From Antedon mediterranea (Eukaryota; Animalia; Echinodermata), in assembly GCF_964355755.1 (NCBI RefSeq), contig NC_092679.1:7222201-7286200 (forward strand): a stretch of 64,000 nt of DNA, written 5' to 3'. Numbering within the stretch: position 1 is the stretch's first letter; the number at the start of each line of letters is the position of its first letter. The notes under the pieces are model-generated. The model did no database searches. It saw only the letters and a program-made list of their open reading frames with translations, and was not told the origin of the DNA. Both the position numbers and the translations under genes were made by a program. Shown in pieces: positions 43,051 to 56,075 of this stretch.

Positions 43051-43521
43051 TATCAACATCACAATATCTCATTGCCACCCACTTCATGTACTATACATTA
43101 TAACATGTCAACATTACACTATCAACATCACAATATCTCATTGCCACCCACTTCATGTACTGTACATTATAACATGTCAACATTATACTATCAACATCAC
43201 AATATCTCATTGCCACCCACTTCATGTACTGTACATTATAACATGTCAACATTACACTATCAACATCACAATATCTCATTGCCACCAACTTCATGTACTG
43301 TACATTATAACATGTCAACATTATACTATCAACATCACAATATCTCATTGCCACCCACTTCATGTACTGTACATTATAACATGTCAACATTACACTATCA
43401 ACATCACAATATCTCATTGCCACCAACTTCATGTACTGTACATTATAACATGTCAACATTATACTATCAACATCACAATATCTCATTGCCACCCACTTCA
43501 TGTACTGTACATTATAACATG
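43051..43521. repeat. Tandem array, 69-bp unit, ~7 copies
   Basis: Unit TATCAACATCACAATATCTCATTGCCACCCACTTCATGTACTGTACATTATAACATGTCAACATTAYAC. It produces the 23-aa periodic ORFs. Confidence 0.95.
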
Positions 43522-46229
43522 TTTTATATAAAAAAAATGGTATTAACCAACAATTGTGGTTATACTCGCATCCTCATTGTTCATTTAATTCGGAAAAAAA
43601 TAAACAATGGTGAATGGCCTGGAGTCGGCCTACATGCGTCAATAAAATCCTGCGTCATATTTTGTTAAACTGTTTATATCTACATTGTTCAATCTGCAAA
43701 AAAAATGCTAGAGCATGTGTTAATGTATCATTCCTATGACATTTAATAATTGTTATGAATCAAAACATTATTAATAGCACATCTTAAATCCACATAATTT
43801 CCCATGTGATATCATTCTTGTTTTGTAGTTTCATTTAATTAAGTAATAATTATAACCTTTTGCAAACTAATTTTTTTTATAATTGCTAATTGAAATTGAT
43901 TACATTAAATGTTCATATCTTCAAATAAGCATTTCACACAAATAGTGTTTTTTAAAGCTGTTAAAAACCAGAAATAAACAATCACATTGAGTATTATTTG
44001 TTTAAATTTTAACCAGGAAGAGAATAGCTAACCAAAAGGCAATAATTGGTCAAGCCTTTTCTGTTATTTAAAAAAAACGATTAAAAATGAAATTCATTGA
44101 CTTTGTATCCGGGCTAAACAAACATGATGTCATTGAACATTCACATCGATATTCAACAACCTGACCATAATTGATAAATCTAGGTCGTATAAAACTGACG
44201 CATTCATTGCAAGCAAGACAATGACGTGTTAAGAGTTGAATAAAACTGATGTACTGAGTTTAACCCACGCCTCTGAATATTGCTGTCGGCACCTCAACAT
44301 GATTATACAATGGATGAGTGAGGTATCTCCAAGCTTAAGAAAATAAATGTCAAAATGTTACAAGTTATAAATGTTTTCAAAAGTAGCTTGTCAGAATCCA
44401 TCAGGTAGCATTTACCTATGATTTTTTTTTTTTTGCAAAAACGGTGTTCAGTACGGTGTACAAAACAACAACACAGACTACTAAATAAGTTGGTAGAAAA
44501 CACAAAAGGAAATTAAATCTCTATGGTTAATAAAAAAGGTTGTGTTCCCCTTTTTACCCAGTAGCAGCATATGAAGATATGAAAATATAGTACACTAATT
44601 CAAATATAAATCCAAAGGCAAATTACTGAAAATAATGTAATGACTCAATGGAGATACAAACAAAAAGTGAAAAACTAAATCAAAACGATAAAGTAAAACA
44701 GCCAGAAAAATTAGCAGAGCTTTCGGGCAACACAAGTACTTGGACGAAGTAGATAGTATAAAGCAAATATAATATATCTAAAAATATCAAAAATGAAAAA
44801 ATAATTAAAGAAAACTAAAATTCTTTCATTAAAAAATTCTTTCCAACAGCACATTATATGTATGAAGTTGATATTATGTAGAACAATATACAATTATGAA
44901 ATAGTTGTTTACTTGTTCAATCTCACAACCAGAAGGACACTCCGAGACCGCAAACCTCCGTCTAGGCATATGAAAATTTAATGATGTGTTCCCAAGAAAC
45001 CATACTTTAAAATCTCATAAAAATTGTTCAATAACTTTTAGAGTAATCCTGCTAACTAAAAATATAGAAAGAAACACACAAAAAAAAAGTGATCGGCCAC
45101 ATAACCTCTTGCAAATGGCGGAGATTCAATTATCAATAATTATTGAGAAAAAAATGTGTTTGAATCTGAAAGCTCTAAAACTAACAATTGAAATCCATTT
45201 GAATTAATAACCACATATCAATTAGCATTAAGTTTTAATGGTGATTGATCATGGCACATGAAAATAAACAAATGATTGAGGATAAATGAGTTACTATAAG
45301 CAAAGAAGAACCAGCTAATAGAATTAACTAGATACACCAGCTGTATTATGTCTATCAACAGCATGCAGTATCATGTCTTCTAACAGCGAACTTATCCCAT
45401 ATGGGATTGTACAGCGTCTCTTGACACTATATATACAGTAGCCTCTTTTTCAAAAGTGGTGTGTTGCTGCTTCTCTGTTTGGTTGATACATGATTTAACT
45501 TTCCAATTCATAGACAATGGTTTGAACATAAGCATGGTCTTAGAAATATTATTCTTAGGATTACTGTAAGTTGAATTTAAGATTTAGGTGATATGGTATA
45601 TGCCTGTTTGCTGTCTGTAGAATTGATATTACAGGATTAGATGTTGACATTACTGTACAAGAATCTGCCCAAAAGAATGATGCTTCACCACAACTATGCA
45701 GATTTCTTGGTTATGTTTGTGATTAACAAAGAATTTTGAATGCATAAATGCTGAACAAAAACAACTAGTTTGTTGAACGTCACTAAATAATTCATTCAAT
45801 TAATAATTTATTAACTTTTGTCTATCAACATTTTAGATTTATGTTCTGAAGTAAAAATCCTCTTGCGGAATTTCGTTTTAATTGTTTACACATGTTACAA
45901 AAGCGCTTGGATGGACGGGAAACTGAGAGGTTTGGAACAAACACAGGTATGTAAACAAATGATTGTTTTAAATTTGATTTCACAAAATCAATAATTAGTG
46001 GAAACATTTGTCAAAGTTTGATTAATGATTTTTGTTTTTGTTTGCAATAGAACCCATATTAATTGTCCCCTAAATAGAGGTTGGCCATAATGGTAAAACA
46101 TGTATTGCCTTGTTTGTTTCACAAGAAAATGTCCCCTTAACAGGGGTGTCACAAAGGAGTGGGGCTAGTGTACTACTACAATTCTTGACCCTACAGGTTA
46201 TTTTTTACTTTCCAAAATGTTTAGGCATA

Positions 46230-46386
46230 AAGCTCTATCTACACTTTAAAACCGGATGTGACATGGTGGACATATATGGACATGGTGATGTCATATCACT
46301 ACCACATTCGGGCATATCACTACCATATTTGGGCACATCACACTTTTTTGTCAAACTACAGTAGTTTGATAGCTTAGACAGAGCTT
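46230..46386. mobile_element. MITE with AAGCTCT(A/G)TCTA termini
   Basis: AAGCTCTATCTACAC ... TAGACAGAGCTT inverted termini. Same family as 6786-6960 and 20362-20425. Confidence 0.75.
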
Positions 46387-47537
46387 ATGATGCATAATTT
46401 ATGTTTATATAATCACCGAAAGCAATTTCTTTAACCATTCTATATTACGAACAATATTGAAATGTGCATGTTAGTGTCCAAGTCCGGTTCACTGTTTTCT
46501 TTATTAGCCATTAGAGATGCAGCGTAAGGTAAGATAAGAACCATGTTAAGCACTATGTCATTGGACATAAAACCATCAAAATAACATGTTAAAGTTTAAA
46601 GTATTTACAATCATTTGCCCGGGGTGACCAATTTTGACATCCTATGATAAAAAATTGGGAAAAACAACATCAAAACAGCATCACATGCTTGAAATGTTTA
46701 TAATATCGTTTGTTATGATCTTGGTCAATGATATTTACTTTCAGGGGACAGACTGCTATTTTTTCTGTGGAAGGGAATAAACTTCAAACTACAAAATAGC
46801 CTATTCAAATTTTGATTTTATGAATATTCATGTTTTGGGGGGACATTACGTCAGCAATGGAAAATAATAATTGTAATTGCCTACAAAAACATCTTTTAAA
46901 AGGAGTTACCTAACCTAAAGACAATTGAGTAATTTTCTGTTTTGAATATCTGAATTTATAATAGTAAATCAAAGTGTGTTTGTAAGCATAAAATTAATAT
47001 AAAGTTTAATTTAAATTGACAAGTAAAATGAGTTTAGAATATTAAGAACATTTTGAGACTAACTGCATTTTTCAAGGTTCATGTTTAGTTTTTCCGGAAA
47101 TGTTGTGTGTGGGCGCATGTAGGCATCAATTACCATGACATTTGTTTTTTAATTGCTTTAATTGTTTTTCTTTTAAATATAATTAATAGGTTTTAAATTT
47201 TAGATGGATTTAGGATTTATATAAAAATATGGGACATTCATCATGGGTAAAACAATATACATGGCTACAGTCGCATGCTCAAATTTGAGTTAGTGTTTAC
47301 CAACCGACCGACCGAATTAGTGAGCTGTAGAATCGCGTTTGCACATGACTAAAAATGGCCTACCATCATTTAAGTCTATATGAAATCTAGCAATTGTGTT
47401 GTTGAGAATTACTTGTGAAATTAGCAATTATGAATTTAGATATGAATAATGAAGGTTTATGAACTGGATTATATGTAACAGTACTTCCACCAGGCACAAC
47501 ATTTTCAAAATATTTACCAAAACCTGAAAAGGCCATG

Positions 47538-48010
47538 TTATTTATTTATTAACAATATTTAACCAGAGTGGCCCAAATCAGTTAAAAAGACTGGTCTCCC
47601 TCGGGGCCCTGTGTGCAATAGTACATCAGTAACACAATAGAACTTAAACTACAGTAATGCCTTAAAGTTACTTTTGAAAACCTTTAAATTACGGTACAAT
47701 TTAGTTTCTTCACTTAATGTGTTAAAAAGATCAGCACCTTTCCATTTAAATGAATGCTTATAGTACTCTGTTCTACATTTTTCCAGGGAAGTGATTTGCA
47801 ACTATTTCTTGTAAAATGATCATGATTTCCATTAGAAAATTTAAAATATGATTTAAGGTATTCGGGTACACCTTCATTTAAACACTTAAACACTAAAGAC
47901 GATCGTTTGAGATCAAATACATCAAAAAGGTTTAACCAACCAAGTGATGTGAACATATCTTTAAAAGGTGTGAGGAAATGTGCATTTAATATCCTATGTG
48001 CATATACCAA
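47538..48010 (-). mobile_element. 3' end of an L2/Crack-like LINE
   Basis: HRILNAHFLTP..MFTSLGWLNL...LVFKCLNEGVPEYL...HFTRNS is a typical CR1-group C-terminus. The 3' UTR GGGCCCCGAGGGAGACCAG ends in an (AATA)n tail on the minus strand. Confidence 0.7.
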
Positions 48011-49699
48011 TGTACAATATCATACAAATGAGTTGATTAGGGAATCGTTTATAAATGTATTTCTCTGTAATGTCAGTACCTAGTTAATGTTATCACTTTG
48101 TATGTATTTTTATAATGATATTCCTAATAAATTCAAATCAAATCATCTGAAAGACTAACTGTTATATTCAACGAGGTGAAAGTGAGTTGAATAGGTGAGT
48201 TTGCGGCCGTTGAAATGTTACAAAAGTAAACGACCAAATGCAAAGATACACTTTGTTGTGTTATAATGTAAATCATTTTGTTTAAATGAGTATCTTTCAT
48301 TCAGTTCACTTGATATTTGAGTTGAACAATTCAGTGGAGATACTTTAATTACCTTTGATGTATTCAATGCCCCTTACTACTGTCAAGTGTGGACACAGCG
48401 CTACAGTAGGTAATTAATTGTTACATTCATTGTAACCTTTACGTCTACACATGTTCATTTCTGATCTGGTGGTCATAATATTCAGTGATTCAGAACAAAA
48501 CATCGGAAATTAATCAAATTTATACACTGCATTTATACACTAAGTTAATGGCTGGTCATATTTGAATATGGACAGGAAATAAATTGTCTGTGTGAAGAGG
48601 CCTTTAGTCTAGCAGTTGAGTTATCGGAATCTACAAACCATATTTGGTGATAACAATTTTGTTAATTAACAAGAACTTGTTATAGATTGATCATGATAAA
48701 AGACTCATCTTCATGACCTAAATCTAGAGAAAGACAATTGTAAGGGATTTTAATGACTTGAATTTAATACATTTTCTTTTAAAAAAATGAAATAAATGTT
48801 CTAGAATTTCAGACTTTGAATCCCAGCTCATGATCAACATCTCAAATAATATAATTTTGCATGACTTTGTATGTATTTTTGTATATGATGGAGTAAGATG
48901 AGTTATTCTGTAAATATTATTGATATGGAAATCTTATTGCGCTGGATTCCATTAAAAAAGGAGATGATCCTGTCACATGACAGTACACAGCAAACCAATT
49001 AAAGAAAAAACTACAATGTAAAAAAGTCTGAGCTGATTATAAAGGTCTGCAAATTGAATGTTAGTAATATTAATGAATTAATAAAAAAAACTATGGATAA
49101 AATAGACAATCAGGATAGATTCAGTACAGAAAATAATTGTTTGTAGATTTTTCTTGTTTGTAAGATCAAATATTTTAACATTGATATAAGATACTTTGAT
49201 AGTAAATAACTTTGATTGTTTGTAATATATCTTGTGATTGAGTATCAACACTATACCTTGCAGATGAAACCGAGATCCTTTAATATTGTTACTGCTCAGG
49301 TTCTTATACTGTGATTTAGTTTAGACCGGATATAGTGGCTGAATACTGAGAACAAGCTTAATGAAACAAGTAATTCCCAACGCTTCATCCGCTCAAAGAT
49401 GCTTTTAATGAGTCGGCTTGTTAATTTTCCCTCTTAAACTGACCTGTTTTGTTGATGTGTCGCTGCACGTTTTACAGTCAAATGGTCATTGGATAGTACA
49501 AAGTGGCTTTATTAAAAAGGCGGCTTGACGCCTCTTGTAAACGTGTATAGATTAAGAATTTAGAATTATACTTAGGTGATTGACCCCTAAGAAGGAAAGT
49601 CCAGCAACAGATTATTTTGTAGTAATGATGATAATTATTTTTGCATAAATTATTAGGATTCAGTTTTGTAAGAATATGATTTTAACAGGATAATAATGT

Positions 49700-49940
49700 G
49701 CTAAATAATTGATTGTGATAATGATTGGATTTTATGCAGATAGTTGTGCTGGTGGTGGAGCAGATAATGGTGGAAATTGTGTCAATAATGGGGGCAACGG
49801 TGATGATAATGACAATGTTAAAGAGGATGATGGTGGCGACAGTGCTGATAATATAATGGTGGATGATGATGGTGATGACAGAGATGATGTTGAATGGTGG
49901 TGATGAGAGAAGTACTGACATTTATGATGATGGTGGGGAT
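49700..49940. repeat. Degenerate (GAT/GGT)n low-complexity tract
   Basis: Trinucleotide-like composition; explains the D/G-rich and S/P-rich ORFs. Confidence 0.7.
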
Positions 49941-50830
49941 GATTGTCAATGTTTAGTATAAATGTTATAAATGTTAAGAATAATGAAGACATTATTAGAT
50001 GTAGTTGTGAAATGACCGACTTGGTCGCCGATACACAATACAGAAAAAAGAAAACCAATTTCCTGGCGTCTGACTGTAATTGTGTATTGCCTGTTGAATA
50101 ATGGCCAATGTTGTGATTGGTCTTTCAGTGCATTGAATTACGTCAATCAGCAATCAAGATATATTGTATATTACTTATCAAGGAAGCTAGTGAAATTGAA
50201 TGAGAGCCTTGGGAGTAAACAATGTCTTGTGACAATTAAAAAAATCTATTAAATATCTGGTTTTTTGGGGTGTTCTGTTGTCTGGTTTATCATCCAGAAA
50301 AATGTATGTTTTTTACACATTTATATTAAGTTTAACAGGAATACTGTACTTAATTCCATGTTATTCAAAACACACACCTGGCTATTATTAACGTACAGGT
50401 GATGGATGTTAGGTCGTTTGTGAAAATTGCCCAAATATTCATCAGATATTGATATTATTGTAGTAATGTAGTCCCAATGCTATAATAATGCTAAATAACT
50501 CATTTTTATATAGTGCCGATAAACAAATAAGGATTCTCTGAATAGAGTATATTATACTACTAAATACCTACAATGTTTTATATGATTATTTTTAATTAAT
50601 ATTATTATGAATTATTGTAATTTTAGTGGCTTGTAGTAAGGAATATTATTAATTTTTTTTATTTTTTATGATATATTTATTTTATAGTTATAAACGGACT
50701 TTTTTAAAATAATTAGTTCATATTTGAAACCATTTTTAACATAAAATAAATAGATGCTAAACATTTTTTAAATAGTGTGAGGTTTATTTCATCTAATCTA
50801 TCAAAACTTCAGAATACAAGTACATTACAG

Positions 50831-51134
50831 GTATTTTAATAGAGATGAAGTAAGCTCCGCCCACTTTCAAGTCACCTGCTTCCAACCTCTCCACGTGTTG
50901 TTCCAAGATGAGATTGTCGCATCCACCATCCATAGCATTTATCTAGTATACGGTAACAAGTATTGACTGTTGTGAAATATGTTTCATAATTGTATATTAT
51001 ATGGTGTTCTATTAATTTTTTTTTTCAAAGGAGGAAGATGTCTTAGGGACTTAGTTGAGAAGGAAGCGAATGTTCTCGGAGATGATGAGCTGCATAGGCT
51101 TAGATGTATTTCCTACTATCTTTCATCAAGCAAT
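50831..51134 (+). CDS. Two candidate internal exons of an unidentified gene
   Basis: Exons 50831-50952 and 51031-51134 have AG/GT boundaries and compatible phase. Together they give an open frame YFNRDEVSSAHFQVTCFQPLHVLFQDEIVASTIHSIYLVYGGRCLRDLVEKEANVLGDDELHRLRCISYYLSSSN. No homolog recognised. Confidence 0.45.
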
Positions 51135-51722
51135 GTAAGTATTTTTGGTATAATATAGTTGTTGAATAATGACGTAGACTGGTTACCTAGACTAGGCACT
51201 AATCTCCCACCCCCTCCTCCCCACCCTCTTGCATATGTTTAAGGGGGAAAGAACATACAAGAATATAAAATACCTTTCTTATAGTTCATTGTGACAGCAT
51301 TTTAACTGTATTATGGGTGATGAATTTTTATGAATCTTGAATTTTAAGATAGAAATAGTATATAACAATAACTTAGTAACTTTTTCCCTCTGAAAAATTG
51401 AGATAGATTGATGCAAAAATAAAATTTATAAATTTGCCTCTTAAACTCAAACATACTTTTAAACCATACATTTTCGTCAATTTGTATAATATATAAGTAT
51501 AAATTAAATGATTAAAATTGAAGCAATTATTAGTTGACAAGAAATCAATGACTCCCTTGCAGAGAAACTGATTATGTGTTTAGTTTTTAGTAGCAATTGA
51601 TTGTACTTCAAATAATCGTTTATTGTGTGTCGGTCAAAGCAGGCCCTTACAAAAACCTGTAAATCCTTTTAACTGCTTCTTTTAACTAATGATTTACTAA
51701 CTTGTTAATTGTTTTATGTCTC

Positions 51723-52022
51723 CTACCATAATGTATGTGTCAGCGTTGTATTAAGCATCCACTCAGATCGCAGACTTAAGTTCATACATTGTTTTAGGCT
51801 TACTACCATAATGTATGTGTTAGCGTTGTATAAGCATCCACTCAGATTGCAGACTTAAGTTCATACATTGTTTTATGCTTACTACCATAATGTATGTGTC
51901 AGCGTTGTATTAAGCATCCACTCAGATCGCAGACTTAAGTTCATACATTGTTTTATGCTTACTACCATAATGTATGTGTTAGCGTTGTATAAGCGTCCAC
52001 TCGGATCGCAGACTTAAGTTCA
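51723..52022. repeat. Tandem repeat, 79/80-bp unit, ~3.8 copies
   Basis: CTACCATAATGTATGTG starts at 51723, 51803, 51882 and 51962. Confidence 0.9.
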
Positions 52023-52464
52023 GTTTTATTGATCGAATACAAGATGGTTTTTAAAGTTCAAACACATTCATTTTAATAATTCTACTGATTAATGATTATG
52101 AAAATGGCTTAACTTATCATTTATTTATTTATGAGGATTTTTTCTCCATTGAAACCTTTCAAACAAAATTGATGTTTGTGTTGTCGTGGTGGTAAAAACA
52201 GAAGGAGAATCAATTTCTTAACTTAGTACTACTTAGAGTAATCAAACAACATTTTTAAAAAAATTGATTATTTTTCTGATATATTTTCTAATAAATAGCT
52301 GTATTTTTTTTGAGAAACTAGACATTGTTTTCTTTCATACTATTTTCTACGTCCAATTACCTTAACTATTTGTTTTATATTTTTCATCACTAAAATAAAA
52401 TATAATAAAACAAAACCAAAAATAGTGTACAGTAGGACCCCCTCCATTAGGATGCACTACTATA

Positions 52465-53151
52465 AAGCCTGTTTTCCTGTCGACGTTATTCGATGCTATC
52501 GTTAACAATAATCGGCGATCTCCTACGTAAACATTGAAATGTTAACGATTTACAGGAAAAGGTGTAATAATCGACGGTAATCGACGCTACAATTCGCAAT
52601 CGTTGACAATCGCAAGTGTTGAACTCGCAACGCTAAAACGTAAGAACTGACCAATCATCTTGGCGATACAGCACATGACGTCACGTAATTGATGGAAAAT
52701 TCTGCTTACTACATTTATATTTGTTGCATCGCGGCGCGGTCAAAGCTAGGCCTGGCCTTGCCAAAGTGACTATAAAATGATGTTCCAGAAAGTAGGCGTA
52801 GGGATATTAGGTAGGTCTAAGTATTCTGCCTAGTCCAAAATGCTATTTGGGCTAGGATAGGCCTACTGAAAATGAAGAACCATCAGTATAGAGATATTAG
52901 TATGCCTAGGCCCACGTCTCCTACACTGTGAGCCTACTCTAGTAGAGGCAGCGGAATCCTCTATTCATTTTTTCGCGTTACGACAACTTCGAGAGAGAAG
53001 ACATGAGTTTTCAACTCTAACGTTCAACGCTAGAAATCAAATGTTCGCGCTATCGTTATCATTTCAACTTGATCGTTTTCAAACGATTGTTGTTGAACTT
53101 TTAACGATTAACGATGATAGCGTCAACTAACGTCGACAGGAAAACAGGCTT
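52465..53151. mobile_element. Non-autonomous DNA transposon (~690 bp), nested in an older MITE
   Basis: 24-bp perfect TIR AAGCCTGTTTTCCTGTCGACGTTA, with a TA (or TWA-type) target site on both flanks. Confidence 0.85.
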
Positions 53152-54609
53152 TAAGGGACACTGCCTCATAAACAAACAAGAGGAAATATAATACTTGTTG
53201 AAACTACCACCGACTTCAGGAGACATCTCTAGTAAGGGGACAATTGTTGGGTCCCAAAGTGGTCACCTAACTACAATTTATTGTTTACTACAAAAATTAA
53301 ATTCTTTAATTTCTTTTTTTCATTTTTATTATAGTTACCAACCTTAATTGAGAGAATTTTTCCTTACATTGACTCTATTGAATAGATACATTGATTGTTA
53401 AAATACAATTTTAGTTTTTATATATTTTCTATTAAATTTATTTGTAATAATAATGTATAAAGCGGTAAATTGTCATTAAATTCTCGACAGTATTTTCATA
53501 CTTGATTTAACGTGGTAATGAAGTGCTGCGTATCATTTTTTGAATGATTTAATGTCGTAAGTAGGCCGTCTTAACACGTTATATGTTTAGACCAAGTAGA
53601 TTAATAACACCTCTGCATTTTAATCATTGCAGCATAATGTGTTGACATGGTTGTAGCTATTTTTCAAAAACAAATGTTGAGAAGAAACATTTTTTTTTAT
53701 TTAGTTTGTTTGAAATCATAAATTGTGACTTGAACAATTATAGACATAAATCAATAATGTTAAATCAATAACGTTAATATGTTTTTTGTAATGACATTGA
53801 TTATAATACTCATATAAAACCAACAAAATATTTGAATCTCGTTTCATTATTAACATTTTTTGGCTCCACCATTTGGCTCATATACAAAGAATTCTGTATT
53901 ATTAAGAAATATCTAGTTTAAACTAATTATAAAATGATTGTAAAGTAAACATTTCAGTTCAAGACTAGACAGAACTTATTCCACCAAACAAAGTGTAAGT
54001 GTAATTTTGCTATGCTTTATGATTAATTTAAGAATTCAAATGTTGACGCTGAGTTATTTATTCCAGGTGTAACTTGGTGTACTCTAGTTTGTTATCCTCG
54101 ATGTGAACGGCATATTTAGTTCTCTAGCGTATCATCTTTCCTGTTGTTTGATATCCTTTAAGTCTTCTTGTGTCTTTGTATCTTATATCTGTAGCATTTT
54201 CTTAGTATTGTATCATCAATTCACCTGCTTTATTCTTTCTTAACATTTGTGTTATTGTTGAAAAACCTGCAGGCAGCACGACAAGTTATTGTACATTCTA
54301 TGAACTTTCTTCTTCCCCTGGCAAATGTCCTCCTAAATGCAATTTTATCTTTTAACGGTGTTCTAAGCGTACCACAATTAATTGAGCTTAACATATAATA
54401 ACTATTTTGCTGAGAACCCTGGATTGTATTTTTTGTACTCTTCATTTAAAGCATGGGGCCAAAACATGCTCAATTTCACCATGGCTGTCAAATCTTTCTT
54501 TTGGTGTATTTTTAATATAAAAAAAAATGTTTTTAGATGAATTCATTTGCTACATCCGAATGGGCTTTGAAATATTTGTTCCATCACCAGAGTAATAAAT
54601 ACTAATATT

Positions 54610-56075
54610 TTTAAACATTCAATTTCATCTGGCACTTTCCCTGACCAGTGGAAGACTGCAAACGTTGTCCCAATACATAAAAATGGTTCAAAATCTAAAG
54701 TCCAAAATTATAGACCCATCTCCCTCCTTCCCACTATCTCCAAAATTCTTGAAAGGCTTGTCAACATTCAACTATTATGTCATGTATCGCCCATTATTTC
54801 CCAAGATCAACATGGCTTCATGCCTGGTAGATCTTGTGAAACAAACCTTGCTGGTCTTCTGTCTACCGTGTATGAAGCCATCGAAACTAAAAAGCAATGT
54901 GACATAATCTACATCGACTTTAGTAAAGCTTTTGATAAATTGTCCCACAACCTGTTATTATTAAAACTTCATCAGTTTGGGATTAATGGTACTTTATTCT
55001 CATGGTTTAAAAGTTATCTTGGCGGTAGGATGCAGAGAGTAGTAATTGATGGTGCCACATCCAATTCTCTCCCAGTCATCTCAGGCGTGCCTCAAGGTTC
55101 TATTCTTGCCCCCCCTGCTGTTATACCAAATCTCTTTCAAAATTCCAACTGTCTTATGTTCGCTGAAGACCTCAAGATTTACAAAATTATTACCAGCACT
55201 GAGGACTCCGTTGCACTTCAGGCAGATCTGGAAAGACTCGGTACGTGGGTTTCCGACTGGAAAATGTTCCTGAAGTCCGAGAAATGCAAAGTCCTGTCTT
55301 GCTCTCTTAAGAAAAAACCTATTATTTTCGCTTACTCTGTTCAAGAAGAAGTCCTTGAAAGTGTAAACTCTTATCGGGACCTCGGCATTTTCATCGACCG
55401 TAAACTGACATTTATTTCACACGTTGATCATGTTGTCAGAAAGGCCAATAGGCTGCTTGGGCTGATGTGGCGCAATTGCAAACATTTCTCTCCATACACC
55501 AAACGTGCACTTTATCTTTCCCTCATCCAACCATCTTTTAATTTCTGTTCAATTATTTACAACTCACTCTCTGCTTCTCAAGCCTCCAGAATAGATCGGA
55601 CCCATAACAAGTTCTTGCGCTTTGTCGGCCCAGCAGCCAACCTGCCTCCTATTGTTTCCCCGACATCTAGGAGAGCAAGACAGGATTTGCAATTCCTGTA
55701 TAAATGTCTTACTTCTAAGTTTGATTGTAATCTTGTTTCGTTGTTTTATTTTAATGTTCCTGTTTGTAACCTTCGTAGTAAACCCTTTCTTCATGTTAGA
55801 TTTTCTCGTGTCAATGTTTGTAAAAATTGTATTTTCTGTAGACTCTCGTCTTTGTACAATTCATGTCTTTTAAAAAATAATTATTTAGATATCTTTAACT
55901 ATAATTTCTCTCAATTTAAATGTATTATTAATGAAATTATTTAAATAATCTTATTTACATTTTTGTATATATTTATATTGGCTTATATTTATAGTTTAGT
56001 TATTTTATTTTCAACCTGTTATTGGTGTTTTACACTGTTGGCTTGAAATAAAGAATAAATAAAGAATAAATAAAG
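54610..56075 (+). mobile_element. 5'-truncated CR1-clade LINE with a defective reverse transcriptase
   Basis: FPDQWKTANVVPIHK..NYRPISLLPTISKILE, then a frameshift to QHGFMPGRSCETNL, YIDFSKAFD and GVPQGSILAP. The catalytic motif has decayed to FAED; YRDLGI follows. The 3' tail is (AATAAAG/AATAAATAAAG)n. Confidence 0.92.

Noticed and set aside
49682-50058. Asp/Gly-rich and Ser/Pro-rich ORFs
   Set aside because: Low-complexity trinucleotide tract with no convincing splice sites or domain.
50831-51134. Faint resemblance of the unknown peptide to SWAP70/DEF6 or to the dynein YGGR motif
   Set aside because: Only a few residues match by eye, which is not enough to name the gene.
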